A stretch of 64,000 nt of DNA from Octopus vulgaris. Its lineage: Eukaryota. Each line of letters opens with the position of its first letter. Within the stretch, counting starts at the first letter, position 1. A program made the position numbers and the translations under genes. The stretch covers positions 5,642,001-5,706,000 of the forward strand of contig OX597821.1 in NCBI GenBank assembly GCA_951406725.2, in the 5' to 3' direction. The notes below the pieces were generated by a model that had not been told where the DNA came from, did no database searches, and was given only the letters and a program-made list of their open reading frames with translations. Shown in pieces: positions 25,455-37,936 of the stretch.

Positions 25455-26040
25455 AATTTAACAGATAGTTAAGTTAGTGTTGGCACGTTTTAATACAGGG
25501 TGTACTAAAAGCTAATTAGAAATATTTTGCGATGAGACAGACATGGAGTTAAGTTAAAATTAACGCTTAATAAGTTAATTAGGAATAATTATGTGGTAAG
25601 ACAGACAGTTAGTTAAATTAGTATTTGCGTATTTTAACACAGGAATATTAAAACGCTACGTAGAAATATTTTTGTAGCTCGCCAAGCAACTGATAGTTAA
25701 TCTGGTATTAATATTCACGAAGATAATTAGAAATAAGTATGTGATGAGACAGACAGACAGATAGTTAAGTTAATGTTAACATATCTTAATACTAGGTATA
25801 TTAAAATGCTAAGTAGAAATAATTAAAAAGCAGATATTTACGATAGCGTTAACCTGTTTAGTAGAAGAATTACTTAAAAGCTAACCAGCTAAATGCATGG
25901 TGAAACAGACGGACAGATTGTTCAGTTAATAATAAAATAGAGGGAGAGATAAGGCCAACGAGAAATACTTACGAACTTGATATTTCGACGGACAGGTTGA
26001 TAAGCATGTGTAAAATATTTAATAGAGTATTAAAATGTTC
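25455..26040. repeat. Diverged tandem array of about 8 units of 64-84 bp
   Basis: ACAGATAGTTAAGTTA-like starts near 25461, 25541, 25605, 25689, 25757, 25830, 25913 and 25992, each followed by AAGCTAATTAGAAATA-like sequence. Confidence 0.7.
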
Positions 26041-26225
26041 GAATTTGAGGAAGGAATGGAGTCGATTATATTGTCCCGTATGCGACTGGTGTTTTATTTC
26101 TAATCGACTCAGGAAGGATTAAAGTAAGGCAAAGTCGACTTCTGTGGCATTTGAACTCATAACTTAAAGGACCGTAGCTAAATTTCGCAAGGCAACATGT
26201 CGTCTGCAGCAATCCATCGCTGGTG
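26040..26225 (-). mobile_element. SINE family B, degenerate
   Basis: GTCGATTAT...ACTGGT...ATCGACTCAGGAAGGAT...GGCAAAGTCGAC...ATTTGAACTCA. Confidence 0.65.
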
Positions 26226-27152
26226 GAGAATAAACTATATTGATAGCCTAAATAAATTTTTGAAAATAATAAAGCGATTGATTCCACATTGATATGGCCG
26301 CAGAAAAGATTCACATATGCAAAGAATGAGAGTACAATAACAGGCAATTATTTATTTTTCACCTCTTGTCCTTTCCAAAAGAAAATGATTTACGTAAGGG
26401 AAACAAAATAACTGACACCGGAAATTGAAACTATTTCAGGGAAATCGGATCACTTAGAGCCTACCCCAATTCAACGATACTCCATGATACATGTAACAGA
26501 ATACGACAAACGCAGACGATAATGTCACGTGTCCATTGTGTGCATTCAGTTTTATGACTTCTATTTTTTATGTTTTTGTCTAAATTCCCTTTATTTGTAT
26601 CTCTTGTGAATATATGGTATGTGTGTATTCATATGTATGCGCAAGTATATATATATATATGTATATATATATACATATATATATACCTATACAGAAACAT
26701 GTGTATATATATATATATGCATATATACATATGCACACACACAAACATACACACATACACGTATATATGTATATACGTATATAATTTTTCATTTAGTTGC
26801 GTTTTGTTATGGTCATCAGTAAAATTGGTGTCAAGCATAAGTTGGTCCCAGGAGGATAACTTTGCATGTATAAAATAAATGTAATTTAATAAGGGAGCTA
26901 AACAGTTTTACAATAAGAGGAAGAAGAAGAAGAAAAGAAAAAAGAATATAAATTGAATTCGATGTCCCGTCTGTCCAAAATGGCGTCAGTTGTTCATTCA
27001 TGTGTGTTTGGCATTTCTGTCTACTATTAATTGGGTTAAGTTCAACAACGGGTAATAGTTTCAAGGGAAAATATAATATACAGTAATGAAAACAGCTACC
27101 ACTACCACTTGTACCAAGACCGAAACAACGAAGAAAACAATTATACACACCA

Positions 27153-27190
<38 letters not shown>

Positions 27191-27218
27191 TATATGTTTG
27201 TGCGTATATGCGTGAGAA

Positions 27219-27268
<50 letters not shown>

Positions 27269-27593
27269 TGTGCATGTGTATATGTAGATAGATAGACATA
27301 CACATATATATATATGTGTGTGTGTGTAAACATATGTTTATATATATATATATTTATATATATATTATATATATACATATACATACACACACACATATAT
27401 GTATATATAAACCAATATATACATATATTTATATATATATATATATACATATACCCATAAATGCATATATGCATACATACATACATACATACACATTACT
27501 GCTTCTATTAAGTGCTGTAAATTTAAGTGAATGGCGTTAATATCCATCGAACGGGCCAATTGTGAGAGTAACACACACAGGTATTTATTTGTG

Positions 27594-27648
<55 letters not shown>

Positions 27649-27831
27649 ATGTGTGTGTGTGTGCGTATATAAATGCATATATATATGTGTGTGTGTATGC
27701 ATAAACATACATATATATATGTATATGAATATACACATTTCTATCATTTCTATACAACTATTTACACTTATATATGTTCAAGATTGTGCATATGGTTTCT
27801 GTGCGCGCGTGTGTGAGTGTGTGTGTGAGTG

Positions 27832-27879
<48 letters not shown>

Positions 27880-28202
27880 TGCGTGAGTGTGCATGCGTGT
27901 ATGTCCCAAATACTGCGCTGCCCAAAAAGGCAGCAAAAACGAAGTGTAAGAGAATAAACCAACACTTCGTAAAAACCGAACGTAAAACATAACCTATTTA
28001 AAAGTCGTCTGAAGTGTTTTGCGACAATTACTGAACACTTTACTTCTTATATATATTTATAAACTTACTGCAGTTATTAGAAAGTTATTGTGATTTTGTC
28101 ATTGGTTGTTTTCGTTTTGCTTTGTTTCTCTCGTATTGTAATGGTGGTCTGCTGTTTGTGCGATTGAAACGAGGTATATTTCGTTATTGTAATTGTGTGT
28201 TC

Positions 28203-28289
<87 letters not shown>

Positions 28290-29401
28290 TATATATATAT
28301 ACATACATACATACATATACATATATACATATATACAGACTCACACGCATATATATATATATATGTATGTATTTATGTGTGTGTATATATATTATATATA
28401 TATATTTGTATATACATATATGAACATTTATATATAAACATATGTATATATATATATGTATATATAATTATGTATACATATTTATAACAGTGTAGTGTTA
28501 CTTCAATTATACATACATGTGTGTATGTGTGTGTGTTTGTGTATATATATATATTGATACATACATACAATCGTACATACATACATGTATACATGTTTAT
28601 ACATATATACATACATCTATACATATATGTATATGTGAAGATACAGCACATACACATGCACACTCACATATTTATATACATATAAAATATATATACGCGT
28701 TTATATATATATACATATGCGTATGTACATATAGTACATATACATATGTATGTATGTATGTATGTATGTGTATGTATGTATGTATGTATGTATGGATGTA
28801 TGTGTCTGTGTGTGTGTTGTTGGGTGTAAATGTGGAGGTAGCTCTTAATAAAAAAAAGAGGTAACTATTTCACAGCTATTATCTTTGTAATTTCTATTCA
28901 TCACCAAATTTTCGTGTTTGTCTCCCTTTGTTATTTCTTACCTAGTTAAATTTTCTTATGAGATTCAATTGACATCAAATAGTAGTAGAGGTTGGTGGGT
29001 GTGATGGTGATGGCGATGGTGATGGTGTAAATAATGGTGGCAGTGATGGTGGTTTATGTTTCGTAGCATGGAGTGGTATTGGTTCGTGATATCTTAATAA
29101 TTCTGCGATAGTCATCTGTATAGACTACAAAAGAAAGATATCATTGCAGAAGAAGAATAAAACAGAGAGAAACGAAGAATAAAACGGTCTTCGCATACAA
29201 ACACTCACACACACCAACACACACACACACACACACTCACATGTGCGTGTGTGTCTGTTTGTGTTTATGTGTGTATGTGTGTGATGTGTGTGTGTATAGT
29301 GTGTGTGTCTGTGTGTGTGTGTCTGTGAGTTTGTGTAAAGACGGTGGTGCTACACGGCGTTTCGGCAATGCATCGTGCACTCTTTCCATGCAATAAAGAT
29401 T

Positions 29402-29479
<78 letters not shown>

Positions 29480-29481
<2 letters not shown>

Positions 29482-29690
29482 TCAGGAATGATATTTTTCT
29501 ATGATATCTACGGCAAGCTTGTCTATCTCCTATCGTGAAAATCGCCATGCATAGAAATTTATGTGGGTTGGGTCACGTACACAACAGACTCCCCAGGCAA
29601 CTATTCAATGGGAAAAAGAAACCAGGAAAGACCTAGAGTGTGATTAAAAGATATTGCAAAAACGAATATCAAGTATGGAAGAAGTTTATC
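29480..29690 (+). mobile_element. RTE-clade LINE ORF fragment
   Basis: Remnant peptides LGHV, RLPRQL, RNQERPRV*LKDIAKTNIK resemble the RTE LRW-GHV-RM...RLP-QL...GRP--R-KD motif. Confidence 0.6.
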
Positions 29691-29813
29691 AAGTATTGCC
29701 AAACTCATGAACTGCTAGGTTACGGGGCCGTAAGCACACAAACACTGTTGTCAAGCGATGGTGGAGAGGCAAGCACAGACATACAGACACACGAATAAAC
29801 ACTTACAAGCCTG

Positions 29814-29879
<66 letters not shown>

Positions 29880-29883
<4 letters not shown>

Positions 29884-30083
29884 CCCCAAAAAGAAGAACA
29901 AGCACAAAAAACAACAACATGGGAACGTGGTACATGTAAAGTGTTAGCAGACGCTCAGGGAAGTAAAGAAAGATTGTTTAACGTTTCGAGCAGACGCTCT
30001 TCTTCGGAAACAGAAGAAAGTCCAATAGAAAGGAAGACGGAGGAAGAAAATCGCCAACGATTCACATGTGATTACATTTTGAA

Positions 30084-30084
<1 letters not shown>
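29880..30084 (-). mobile_element. Hammerhead-bearing element, family H1
   Basis: Flanked by (TA)n on both sides; collinear with 3205-3390 (TCCGTCTTCC, CCTGAGCGTC, GTTGTTG). Confidence 0.78.
29975..30012 (-). ncRNA. Minimal hammerhead ribozyme, U4C core variant
   Basis: Minus strand TGTTT-CCGAAGA-A-GAGC-GTCT-GCTC-GAAA-CG-TT-AAACA. Confidence 0.72.
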
Positions 30085-30126
<42 letters not shown>

Positions 30127-30128
<2 letters not shown>

Positions 30129-30366
30129 TTAGTGCAGTTAGGGGTTGGAATAACCGTCTAAGGGATAACAATATCCATTATACTACCAGTATAATTACCT
30201 ATGTTAACCCTCGACATACATCTGAAAGCATATTATCCAAATAGGTTAGAAGATAGATATGAGTTTATCAAGAATCAAATATAAAGTAAACAGAAAAATG
30301 AAGAAATATTGATCAACAATAAGTCAATTGTTGTTCAACAATATTTTACCATTTTCTCTTTACCTT
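30127..30366 (+). mobile_element. Unclassified ~235-bp (TA)n-flanked interspersed element
   Basis: Homologous to 51655-51885 (TAACCG-CTAAGGG-TAA-A-TATCC...TTACCT-TG-TA-CCCT...ATCAACA...TTGTT...CCATTT). Confidence 0.55.
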
Positions 30367-30394
30367 ATATATATGTGTTTGTGTGCTTGCGTGT

Positions 30395-30590
30395 GTGTGT
30401 AAATTTGTGTGTCTGTGTTTGTCCCCCTACCATCGCTTGACAACCGATGTTGGTGCATTTTAGTCCCCGCAATATAGCAGTTCGGCGAAAGAGACCGATA
30501 GAATAAGAGTAAGTTCTGGGGACAGTTTGTTCGAGTGAAGGCGATGTTGCGGCTTGGCCGCAAGCAAATTACTGAAGCACATAAGAACAA
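30395..30590 (+). mobile_element. SINE family A, 3' half
   Basis: CATCGCTTGACAACCGATG...GAGACCGATAGAATAAG. Confidence 0.72.
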
Positions 30591-30614
30591 AGCGTATAAA
30601 TGTATATATAATTT

Positions 30615-31307
30615 ACCTATATATGCATGTATATATATATATATACATATATTTGTAGGTATGTACTTATATGTATGTATATATGCATATATTTATATAT
30701 TATTTATATTATCATATGATCGAACGCCACGCATCCTTTTCCAAGTAAGTTTTATCTTAATAATTATGATGCGCACTCTCTTTCTTTACTATCTCTTCTC
30801 TGCCTATCTCTCTCCCTCTCTTGTTCTTCATCCTTTCTGGTTTTCTGTCCCACCCTTTACTGTTTTTACTTTTTTATTATTTTTACTGTTTTGTTCATAC
30901 TGTCCTGTTCTTGTTACCACTTTCACCCTCCGCGATTAATCCCAAATTTTATTTAATTTGCTTTGCGGAAAGGACTGTTTCAACGAAGTTGCGTCTTGTC
31001 TTTACCTTCGAAAGGTGGAGTAGATGAAATGGGGACAACTGAAGAAGGGGAATATTTCTTGTGTTGTATGTCTTGTACTCTATTTTTTGTTCTTTTGAAA
31101 TAAAGTTCGTTTCTACGTTTTTGCTTGTATGTTTTCGTTTCTCATTGTGTTCAAAGTTTTTTATGTCCTGCACCCATATATGCATGTATATATATACAAA
31201 TATATGTAGGTATGTACATATATGTATGTATAAATGCATATATTTATATAATATTTATATTATTATATGATCGAACGCCACACATCCTTTTCCAAGTAAG
31301 TTTTATC
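30615..31307. mobile_element. ~550-bp unit with ~140-bp terminal direct repeat, family H3
   Basis: 30615-30757 is repeated at about 31170-31307 (GATCGAACGCCAC-CATCCTTTTCCAAGTAAGTTTTATC); homologous to 58981-59850. Confidence 0.75.
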
Positions 31308-31322
31308 ACACACACACATAAA

Positions 31323-31394
<72 letters not shown>

Positions 31395-31460
31395 GTAATA
31401 GTAATAATAATCAAAATCAAATCAAAATCAAAATATATATATATATATATATAATAATAT

Positions 31461-31513
<53 letters not shown>

Positions 31514-31603
31514 TATATATACATATATATATGTACATATATACATATATTTATATATATACATACATACGTACATACATACATGCGTACATACATACAT
31601 ACA

Positions 31604-31690
<87 letters not shown>

Positions 31691-32011
31691 TAGACTAGGC
31701 TACCCGTGACGGTTCAGGTTATAAAACATTATTTCAACATTGCATTGAAATGAAAGTTAATTTTTTGATGATTCAGTTAAATATTTCAATTCGTTCCTGT
31801 CATTCTGGGCTCGTTTTACAAGTTCATGTTTAAGGTTTTATTGATTATTTACCGCATCAAATAGAAATAGAACTTCCGGCATAAACTTGAACTCCAGTAA
31901 CCGCTTTTTATTCGTGACATGTGTGCAAACTTCTACAAAAAGGCAAAAGGAATTGTTATATAACGTAAACACAAGGCGTAGGAGTGGCTGTGTGGTAAGT
32001 AGCTAGCTTAC

Positions 32012-34031
32012 CCCGCACAATGCGCATTGGTGTTTTGCTTCAACACTTGAACAAGGAGGACATGAGCTAGGGCGCTCCGTCCTAAAACTGAAAATTAAGA
32101 AGAAGTCCGTTGCGGTAGGTGATTTTGTTTGTTTTGAGCTGGGAGTGATTTATTGTTTTGGAGTTTTTTTCAGTAAATTTCGCCCAGCTCCGGGACAATT
32201 TCGCCTGCTCTCGGCGGCTATTGTGATTTTTGCTTGTTGAAAAAATGTTGGGGGCATATATCCGTCCAAAAATTGTTCCAGTCATTGAAAATTTTTGTGG
32301 CCCATTGTGGCGAAGATTCGTCTTCTGTGGATTTAAGATTCCAGGTCAGAGTACCAGCTAAAGAAGAGGGCCAGGAGTACCCGTGGCCGGAATTGTGTAG
32401 TTGCCATTTGGAACCATATTTTTATTTCTTCCGTGTTTTTCCTTCTAATTTTTGAACTGTCCTTTTTGTTTTCTTTTGTCTTTTTTTTTTACTGTCTATT
32501 TTTCGTTCGAACTTTTTTTTCTAATGTATTTCTATTTTTGTGGACATTTGAACTTTCTTCCTCATGGCGATAAAGCATGGTGCTGCTGCTTTGGTGTGGA
32601 AGATTGTCCCACCCAAGCAGTGGTTAAAAGATACGGAAGAGAAAACGGTGGTGGTTAGAACTTATTCTAAAGTTCTTAATTCCATCACTGTCTTCCCAAA
32701 ACCAGTTGTAGAAAATGAACTGAAAGACTATTTGTCCTCTCTGAAATACATATCCCGTGGTGTCAAGCATGCAACCGTATGGTTGCCGTTTGACAACCTG
32801 GAAAAGGCTCGCAATTTTGCGAGTTAGCCTTTAGAGGGCAATGAAATTCTGTTCCTCCCGCCGTACTGCGGGAGGAAGTTAATAAGAGCCTGGGTATGTG
32901 GGTTACCCCCAGGCACCGAGGCGGGTTGGATTGAAGATACCATCCGACGGGGACTGGGGGTTAGCGGGCCGAGGCTCTTAAATGGAAGGGTATAGCCGGC
33001 GGTCGATTGGGAAGGGTCAAAAGCGATTTTGACCCTGTGGACCCCGTCGGCCGCAACAGATCTGGTTTTTCGAGATTTTTTTTTAATGCCTGGCTGCAGG
33101 TATCCGCTGATACTTGAGAGACGTCCCTCCAAGTGTCACTCGTGCCTGCAGCCAGGCCACATTAAAAAGAACTGCCCCCAGGACCATGGTAAGGTCTAGG
33201 AACAATCACTGGATGCCACCTCCCCTACTCGGTCAAAGGGATTAAAAAGGAAGAAGGCGGGCAACGGTCGTTGCCCGCCGAAGGACCCTAAGCCTTCGGG
33301 ATGTGGGGGAGAGTCTCCGGACAAAACGGAAGAGCTCCACTCTCCCGAGGTCAGGAAGAAAAGAAAAAAAGAAAAAAGAAGAACGGGTCATCGCAGGGGG
33401 GGTGATGTGCCGTCTGCATGTCTCGAAGTTGTGCCACCCACGGTGGAAGAAACGACCATCTTTTTCTACAAGGGTGGGAGGTGGAATAAATAGTAGAAGA
33501 ACATAAAGAGACACTAGATATGGCCTTCACACGGGATCCCGAATGGCCTCCGCAGATAGCTGTGGAGGTTATAAGGTTTCTCTTGTGAGAAAGGCTTAAA
33601 GGATAAAGGGGAGGAGTTTCGTATATATTCGGGTGGACATTACACGACTCAGATGTCCTTCATGAGTGAGGCAGGGGAAATGGCAGGATACAGGAACTCA
33701 AGCGGCATTGAAGATAATGATGGATATATCGATGAGTAGGAAGTGAAAAAGCTTCGTTAGAGGGTTTGAAACCTCATCTTTTTGTATTATTTGTAGTGGC
33801 TTATAACCTCAATTGTGTGTTTTCAAAAAACATGTTAAGTAAGAGGTTTTACTGTCTCCTTCTTGTAAGAGGTTTGAAACCTCATATTGATTTTTAAAAT
33901 ATCCGGTCGGCGGGTGTTGGGTTTCGTCTCTCATTTATTCATTTTATTTCATTTTCATTCATTAATGTGTTTGTCCAGCCCGCAAAGCTACACAATCTTT
34001 GTACAGCCTTTATGGCAAATTTGATAAAATA
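32012..34031 (+). mobile_element. 2.0-kb ORF1-only non-LTR retroelement (HAL1-like) with 15-bp TSD
   Basis: Exact TSD AAGTAGCTAGCTTAC at 31997-32011 and 34032-34046; ~550-nt leader; single decayed ORF; ends in AAATAAA; no RT or endonuclease motifs seen. Confidence 0.8.
32564..33500 (+). pseudogene. Gag-like / LINE ORF1 protein with CCHC zinc knuckle, interrupted by in-frame TAG stops
   Basis: One frame from ATG 32564 reads MAIKHG...NFAS*PLEGNEILFLPPYCGRKLIRAWVCGLPPG...LILERRPSKCHSCLQPGHIKKNCP (CX2CX4HX4C at 33134-33175), then a basic, low-complexity tail; the 3' end is uncertain (could reach about 33740). Confidence 0.78.
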
Positions 34032-34690
34032 AAGTAGCTAGCTTACGAACCACATGATTCCGGGTTCAGTCCCACTGCATGGCACCTTGGGAAGGTGTCT
34101 TCTACTATAGCCTCGGGCCGACCAAAGCCTTGTGAGTGAATTTGGTAGACAGAAACTGAAAGAGGCCCGTCATATATATATATATGTATATGTGCGTGTA
34201 TATGTTTGTGTATCTGTATTTGTCTCCCCAACATCGCTTGACAACCGATGCTGGTGTGTTTATGTCCCCGTAACTTAGCGGCTCGGCAAAAGGGACCGAT
34301 AGAATAAGTACCAGGCTTACAAAGAATAAGTTCTGGGGTCGATTCGCTCGACTAAAGGCGGTGCTCTAGCATGGCCACAGTCACATGACTGAAACAAGTA
34401 AAAGAGTAAAGAGTATAAAATTATTGGAAGCAATTTTCATAGTATTATTTATTCCCTTTTCAGGGTTATGTTACTTTGAGAGTATTTTCCCATTATAAGC
34501 CGTTTTGGCTATTTATGAAGGTACCACAAAAAACCGTGTACTTCAGGAATCCGTGGTCCGATTTACGCGAAACTTGTTTTATTCCGTTTATATTCACATT
34601 TCAGGATTAACTTACTTTTAGAGTATTTTCTCATTATGCGCCGGTTTGGCTGCAGTCAAGCAAGTAATCACAGAGTTTTAGTAGTGTGTG

Positions 34691-34727
<37 letters not shown>

Positions 34728-34730
<3 letters not shown>

Positions 34731-35025
34731 GAGGCGCAATGGCCCAGTGGTTAGGGCAGCGGACTCGTGGTTTCGATTCCCAGACCGGGCGTTGTGACTG
34801 TTTATTGAGCGAAAAGACCCAAAGTTCCACGAGGCTCCGGCAGGGGGTGGTGGCGATTATTGCTTTACTCTTCCGCTACAACTTTCACTCACTCTTTCTT
34901 CTGTTGGCCTGCTCACTTAGCCAGCGGGGTGGCGTCATTTGAAGGCTAAAACAATGCGAAACGCATTGTGAGCAGCGATGTGTAGCAACATCTGATATCC
35001 TGGTCGGTCACGGTAATGACGGTGA
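34728..35025 (+). mobile_element. SINE family C with alternative tail
   Basis: Head matches 22220; tail CTTAGCCAGCGGGGTGGCGTC...GAAGGCTAAAACAATGCGAA differs and also occurs alone at 46793-46871. Confidence 0.82.
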
Positions 35026-35068
<43 letters not shown>

Positions 35069-35330
35069 GTGGGACTTCTTTCAGTTTCCACCTACAAAAT
35101 CCACTCACAAGATTTTGCTCAACTCGAGGCTATAGTAGAAGACACTTGCCCAAGGTGCCAAGCAAGCGTTTTACCACACAGCGACACCTGTGCCTATGCA
35201 TTTATATATATGTATATCTTTGTTTCAGTCATTAGACTGTGGCCATGCTAAGGCATCGCCTTAAAGAATTTTTAGTCGAAAGTATCGACCCCGGTACTTA
35301 CATTGTTTTAAACCCGGTACTTATTCTATT
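35069..35330 (-). mobile_element. SINE family A fragments (head of one copy, tail of another)
   Basis: CTTCTTTCAGTTTCC...GAAGACACTTGCCCAAGGTGCCA and TGTTTCAGTCATT...GGCCATGCT. Confidence 0.7.
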
Positions 35331-35693
35331 ATCGTGCATTTATAAATATATATATATATATATATATTAAACTGTTTAAAGACCTCATTTAAGGCATGCG
35401 AAATATGGAAGACCAGTTGGGAAAGCAATGCTTGTCATTGTGTTCTTCAAGAAAGACACATTTTACATTCTGACTTAAGTGAGCTGTTCGAAAACAGACC
35501 GGCAGTTTAGTATATGAATGAAGTTTGGTCTGCAGTATCTCTCAAGAACTGGACTTAATGATCGCTAGCGGAACCACAAGTGTAAAGTATAATTTTGTCT
35601 GAGTGCAGTGTTTTTAATGGTCAGTGATTGTCTTCCCCGGTCACAAGTGAACAGCCATTATATAAGTATGTCCGTGTTTGTGTGCATGTGTGC

Positions 35694-35757
<64 letters not shown>

Positions 35758-36159
35758 ATATATGCATGTATATTCATTATATATATATATACACATTTAT
35801 ATGTATATATATATGTATATATATACAGGTATACATGTGCGTGCGTAGATATATATACACACATATATATATATATTGTTTTTGAGTGTCTTTTCTTTAA
35901 TGGATGTACTATTTCATCTGAATGCATCAGCTTTATAGGAAGATATTATGTAACGTAGATAGATTACACAGGAGTATAGTAAGTAATTAATTAAGTGAAT
36001 GTAGAATATGTCAGTGTGTCTTGGTAAGAATCCATCAAGTAACAGAGGAGGGATGAGGGGTAAACACAAACTCAGCGACGCACATTGACAGACAGATACT
36101 CTGAAAGAATGAAAGGCGAAGACGACCTCGGCGAAATGTAATAGAAATAACAATAATAA

Positions 36160-36760
36160 TCATTTCTACTATAGGCACAAGGCCTGGAATTTGTAGGGAG
36201 CGGGGTCGTCGTTCTCATCGACGTCAGTACTTGACTGGTACTTCATTTATTGACCCCGAAAAGATGAGAAGCAAAGTCGACATCGATGGAATTTGGACCC
36301 AGAACTTAAAGACGGGCGAAATGCCGCTACGCATTTTGTCCGGCGCGCTAACGTTTCTTATTTATTTATTGCCCACAAGAGGGTAAACATATAGGGGGCA
36401 AACAAGGACAGACAAGTGGATTAAGTCGATTACATCGACCCCAGCGCGTAACTGGTACTTATTTAATCGACTCCGAAAGGATGAAAGGCAAAGTTGACCT
36501 CGGCGGAATTTGAACTCAGAACGTAGCGGCAGACGAAATACCTATTTCTTTACTACCCACAAGGAGCTAAACACAGAGGGGATAAACAAGGACAGGCAAA
36601 CTGATTAAATCGCTTCTATCGACCCCAGCGCGTAACTGGTACTTATTTAATCGACCCCGAAGGGATGCTCGGCGGAATTTGAACTCAAACGTAACGGCAG
36701 ACGAAATACCGCTAAGCATTTCGCCCGGCGCGCTAACGATTCTGCCAGCTCGCTGCCTTT
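36160..36760 (-). mobile_element. SINE family B head-to-tail trimer
   Basis: Three consecutive bodies (CTGGTACTT...CGAAAG...GGAATTTG-AC-CA) at about 36235, 36452 and 36637. Confidence 0.85.
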
Positions 36761-36774
36761 CATATATACAAGAA

Positions 36775-36775
<1 letters not shown>

Positions 36776-36831
<56 letters not shown>

Positions 36832-36964
36832 GAGGAGGAGGAGGAGGAGGAGGAGGAGGAGTTGGAGGAGGAGGAGGAGGAGGAGGAGGAGGAGAAGAAG
36901 AAGAAGAAGAAGAAGAAGAAGAAGAAGAAGAAGAAGAAGAAGAATGAATGAATGAATGAATGAA
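36776..36964. repeat. Compound microsatellite (TAG)n(GAG)n(AAG)n(AATG)n
   Basis: Direct inspection. Confidence 0.97.
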
Positions 36965-37219
36965 TTTTATATAGCGTTCTAGTACATATGTGTGTATGGT
37001 TTGTGTGAATTTGTATGTCGTTATTGAGATACAGAACGAATCACAGACGGTCCTCGGCTCGCTTACAGAAAACGACTTCCGGGCCGGATTCCAAATGAGG
37101 CAAGAACGCTAGTACCGGTGCATTGTTGGGCAGGGTGACTATTTAGGCGAATAAGTTATTTTTTTATTAAACTTAACTAGTCCGAGGATCTTTTGATACC
37201 ACTTCTTATGTGTTTGACT

Positions 37220-37595
37220 TTTATTATGACAATGTTATAATCTTTGCTACTCGAGGCACGAGGCCAGGAACTTTGGAGAAGGTGGGCAGTCGATTAGAGT
37301 GACCACAGTACGCAACTGGTACTGTTAATATTTTGATGCCCTTAATCTTTTCTCCCGGCGTGCTAACGATTCTTATTTCTTTATTGCCCACAAGGGACTA
37401 AACACAAAGGGGACAAGCAAAGGGATTAAGTCGATTAGAGCGACCCCAGTGTGTAACTGGTACTTAATTTATCGACCCCGAAAGGATGGAAAGTAAAGTC
37501 GACATCGGCGGAATTTGAATTCAGAACGTAAAGACAGACGCAATACCACTAAGCATTTCACCCGGCGCGCTAACGATTCTGCCAGCTCGCCGCCT
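37220..37595 (-). mobile_element. SINE family B dimer
   Basis: Full copy at about 37375-37595 plus a partial second body. Confidence 0.83.
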
Positions 37596-37759
37596 GGAAA
37601 ATGTTATAAGGAATTTCTTTACCGTTTAACTGTTACTTCTTTTAGTCATTAGACTGTGTCCACCCTCGGGTATCCCCTTAACTGATTTACAGCAATGGTT
37701 CTAAGTAGAGGTCCATATGGCACTTTAGGGGTCCATATAAAATTTATCAGCAACAAAAT

Positions 37760-37922
37760 TAGTTATACCTCACATTACACAATACCTCACATTACGCGGA
37801 CCTGCTTTACGAAACACCGATTTTACAAGTCGAGTTTTACGAGTTTTATTTTCTGTTTACGAGTTTTCGCTTTACGAGCGGTCTCCGGGAACAATGTGAC
37901 ACTATATCGAGCCATTACTGTA
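37760..37922. mobile_element. Tigger/pogo-type MITE nested in the hAT MITE
   Basis: Left ATACCTCACATTAC (duplicated), internal TTTACGAG repeats, right end CGAGCCATTACTG-TA. Confidence 0.5.
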
Positions 37923-37936
37923 CTTCTACAATATAC

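Larger units (their letters stand above)
31975..34414 (+). mobile_element. SINE family A, full length, split at its tRNA head
   Basis: GGCGTAGGAGTGGCTGTGTGGTAAGTAGCTAGCTTAC (31975-32011) resumes at 34047 with GAACCACATGATTCCGGGTTCAGTCCC and runs to the GTAAAAGA tail. Confidence 0.9.
31690..34686 (-). mobile_element. Non-autonomous Helitron interrupted by a SINE and a nested retroelement
   Basis: Minus-strand 3' end ACCTGAACCGTCACGGGT...CTAG|T at 31690; 5' end CTACTAAAACTCTGTG near 34686; duplicated subterminal blocks at about 34457-34510 and 34599-34651. Confidence 0.6.
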
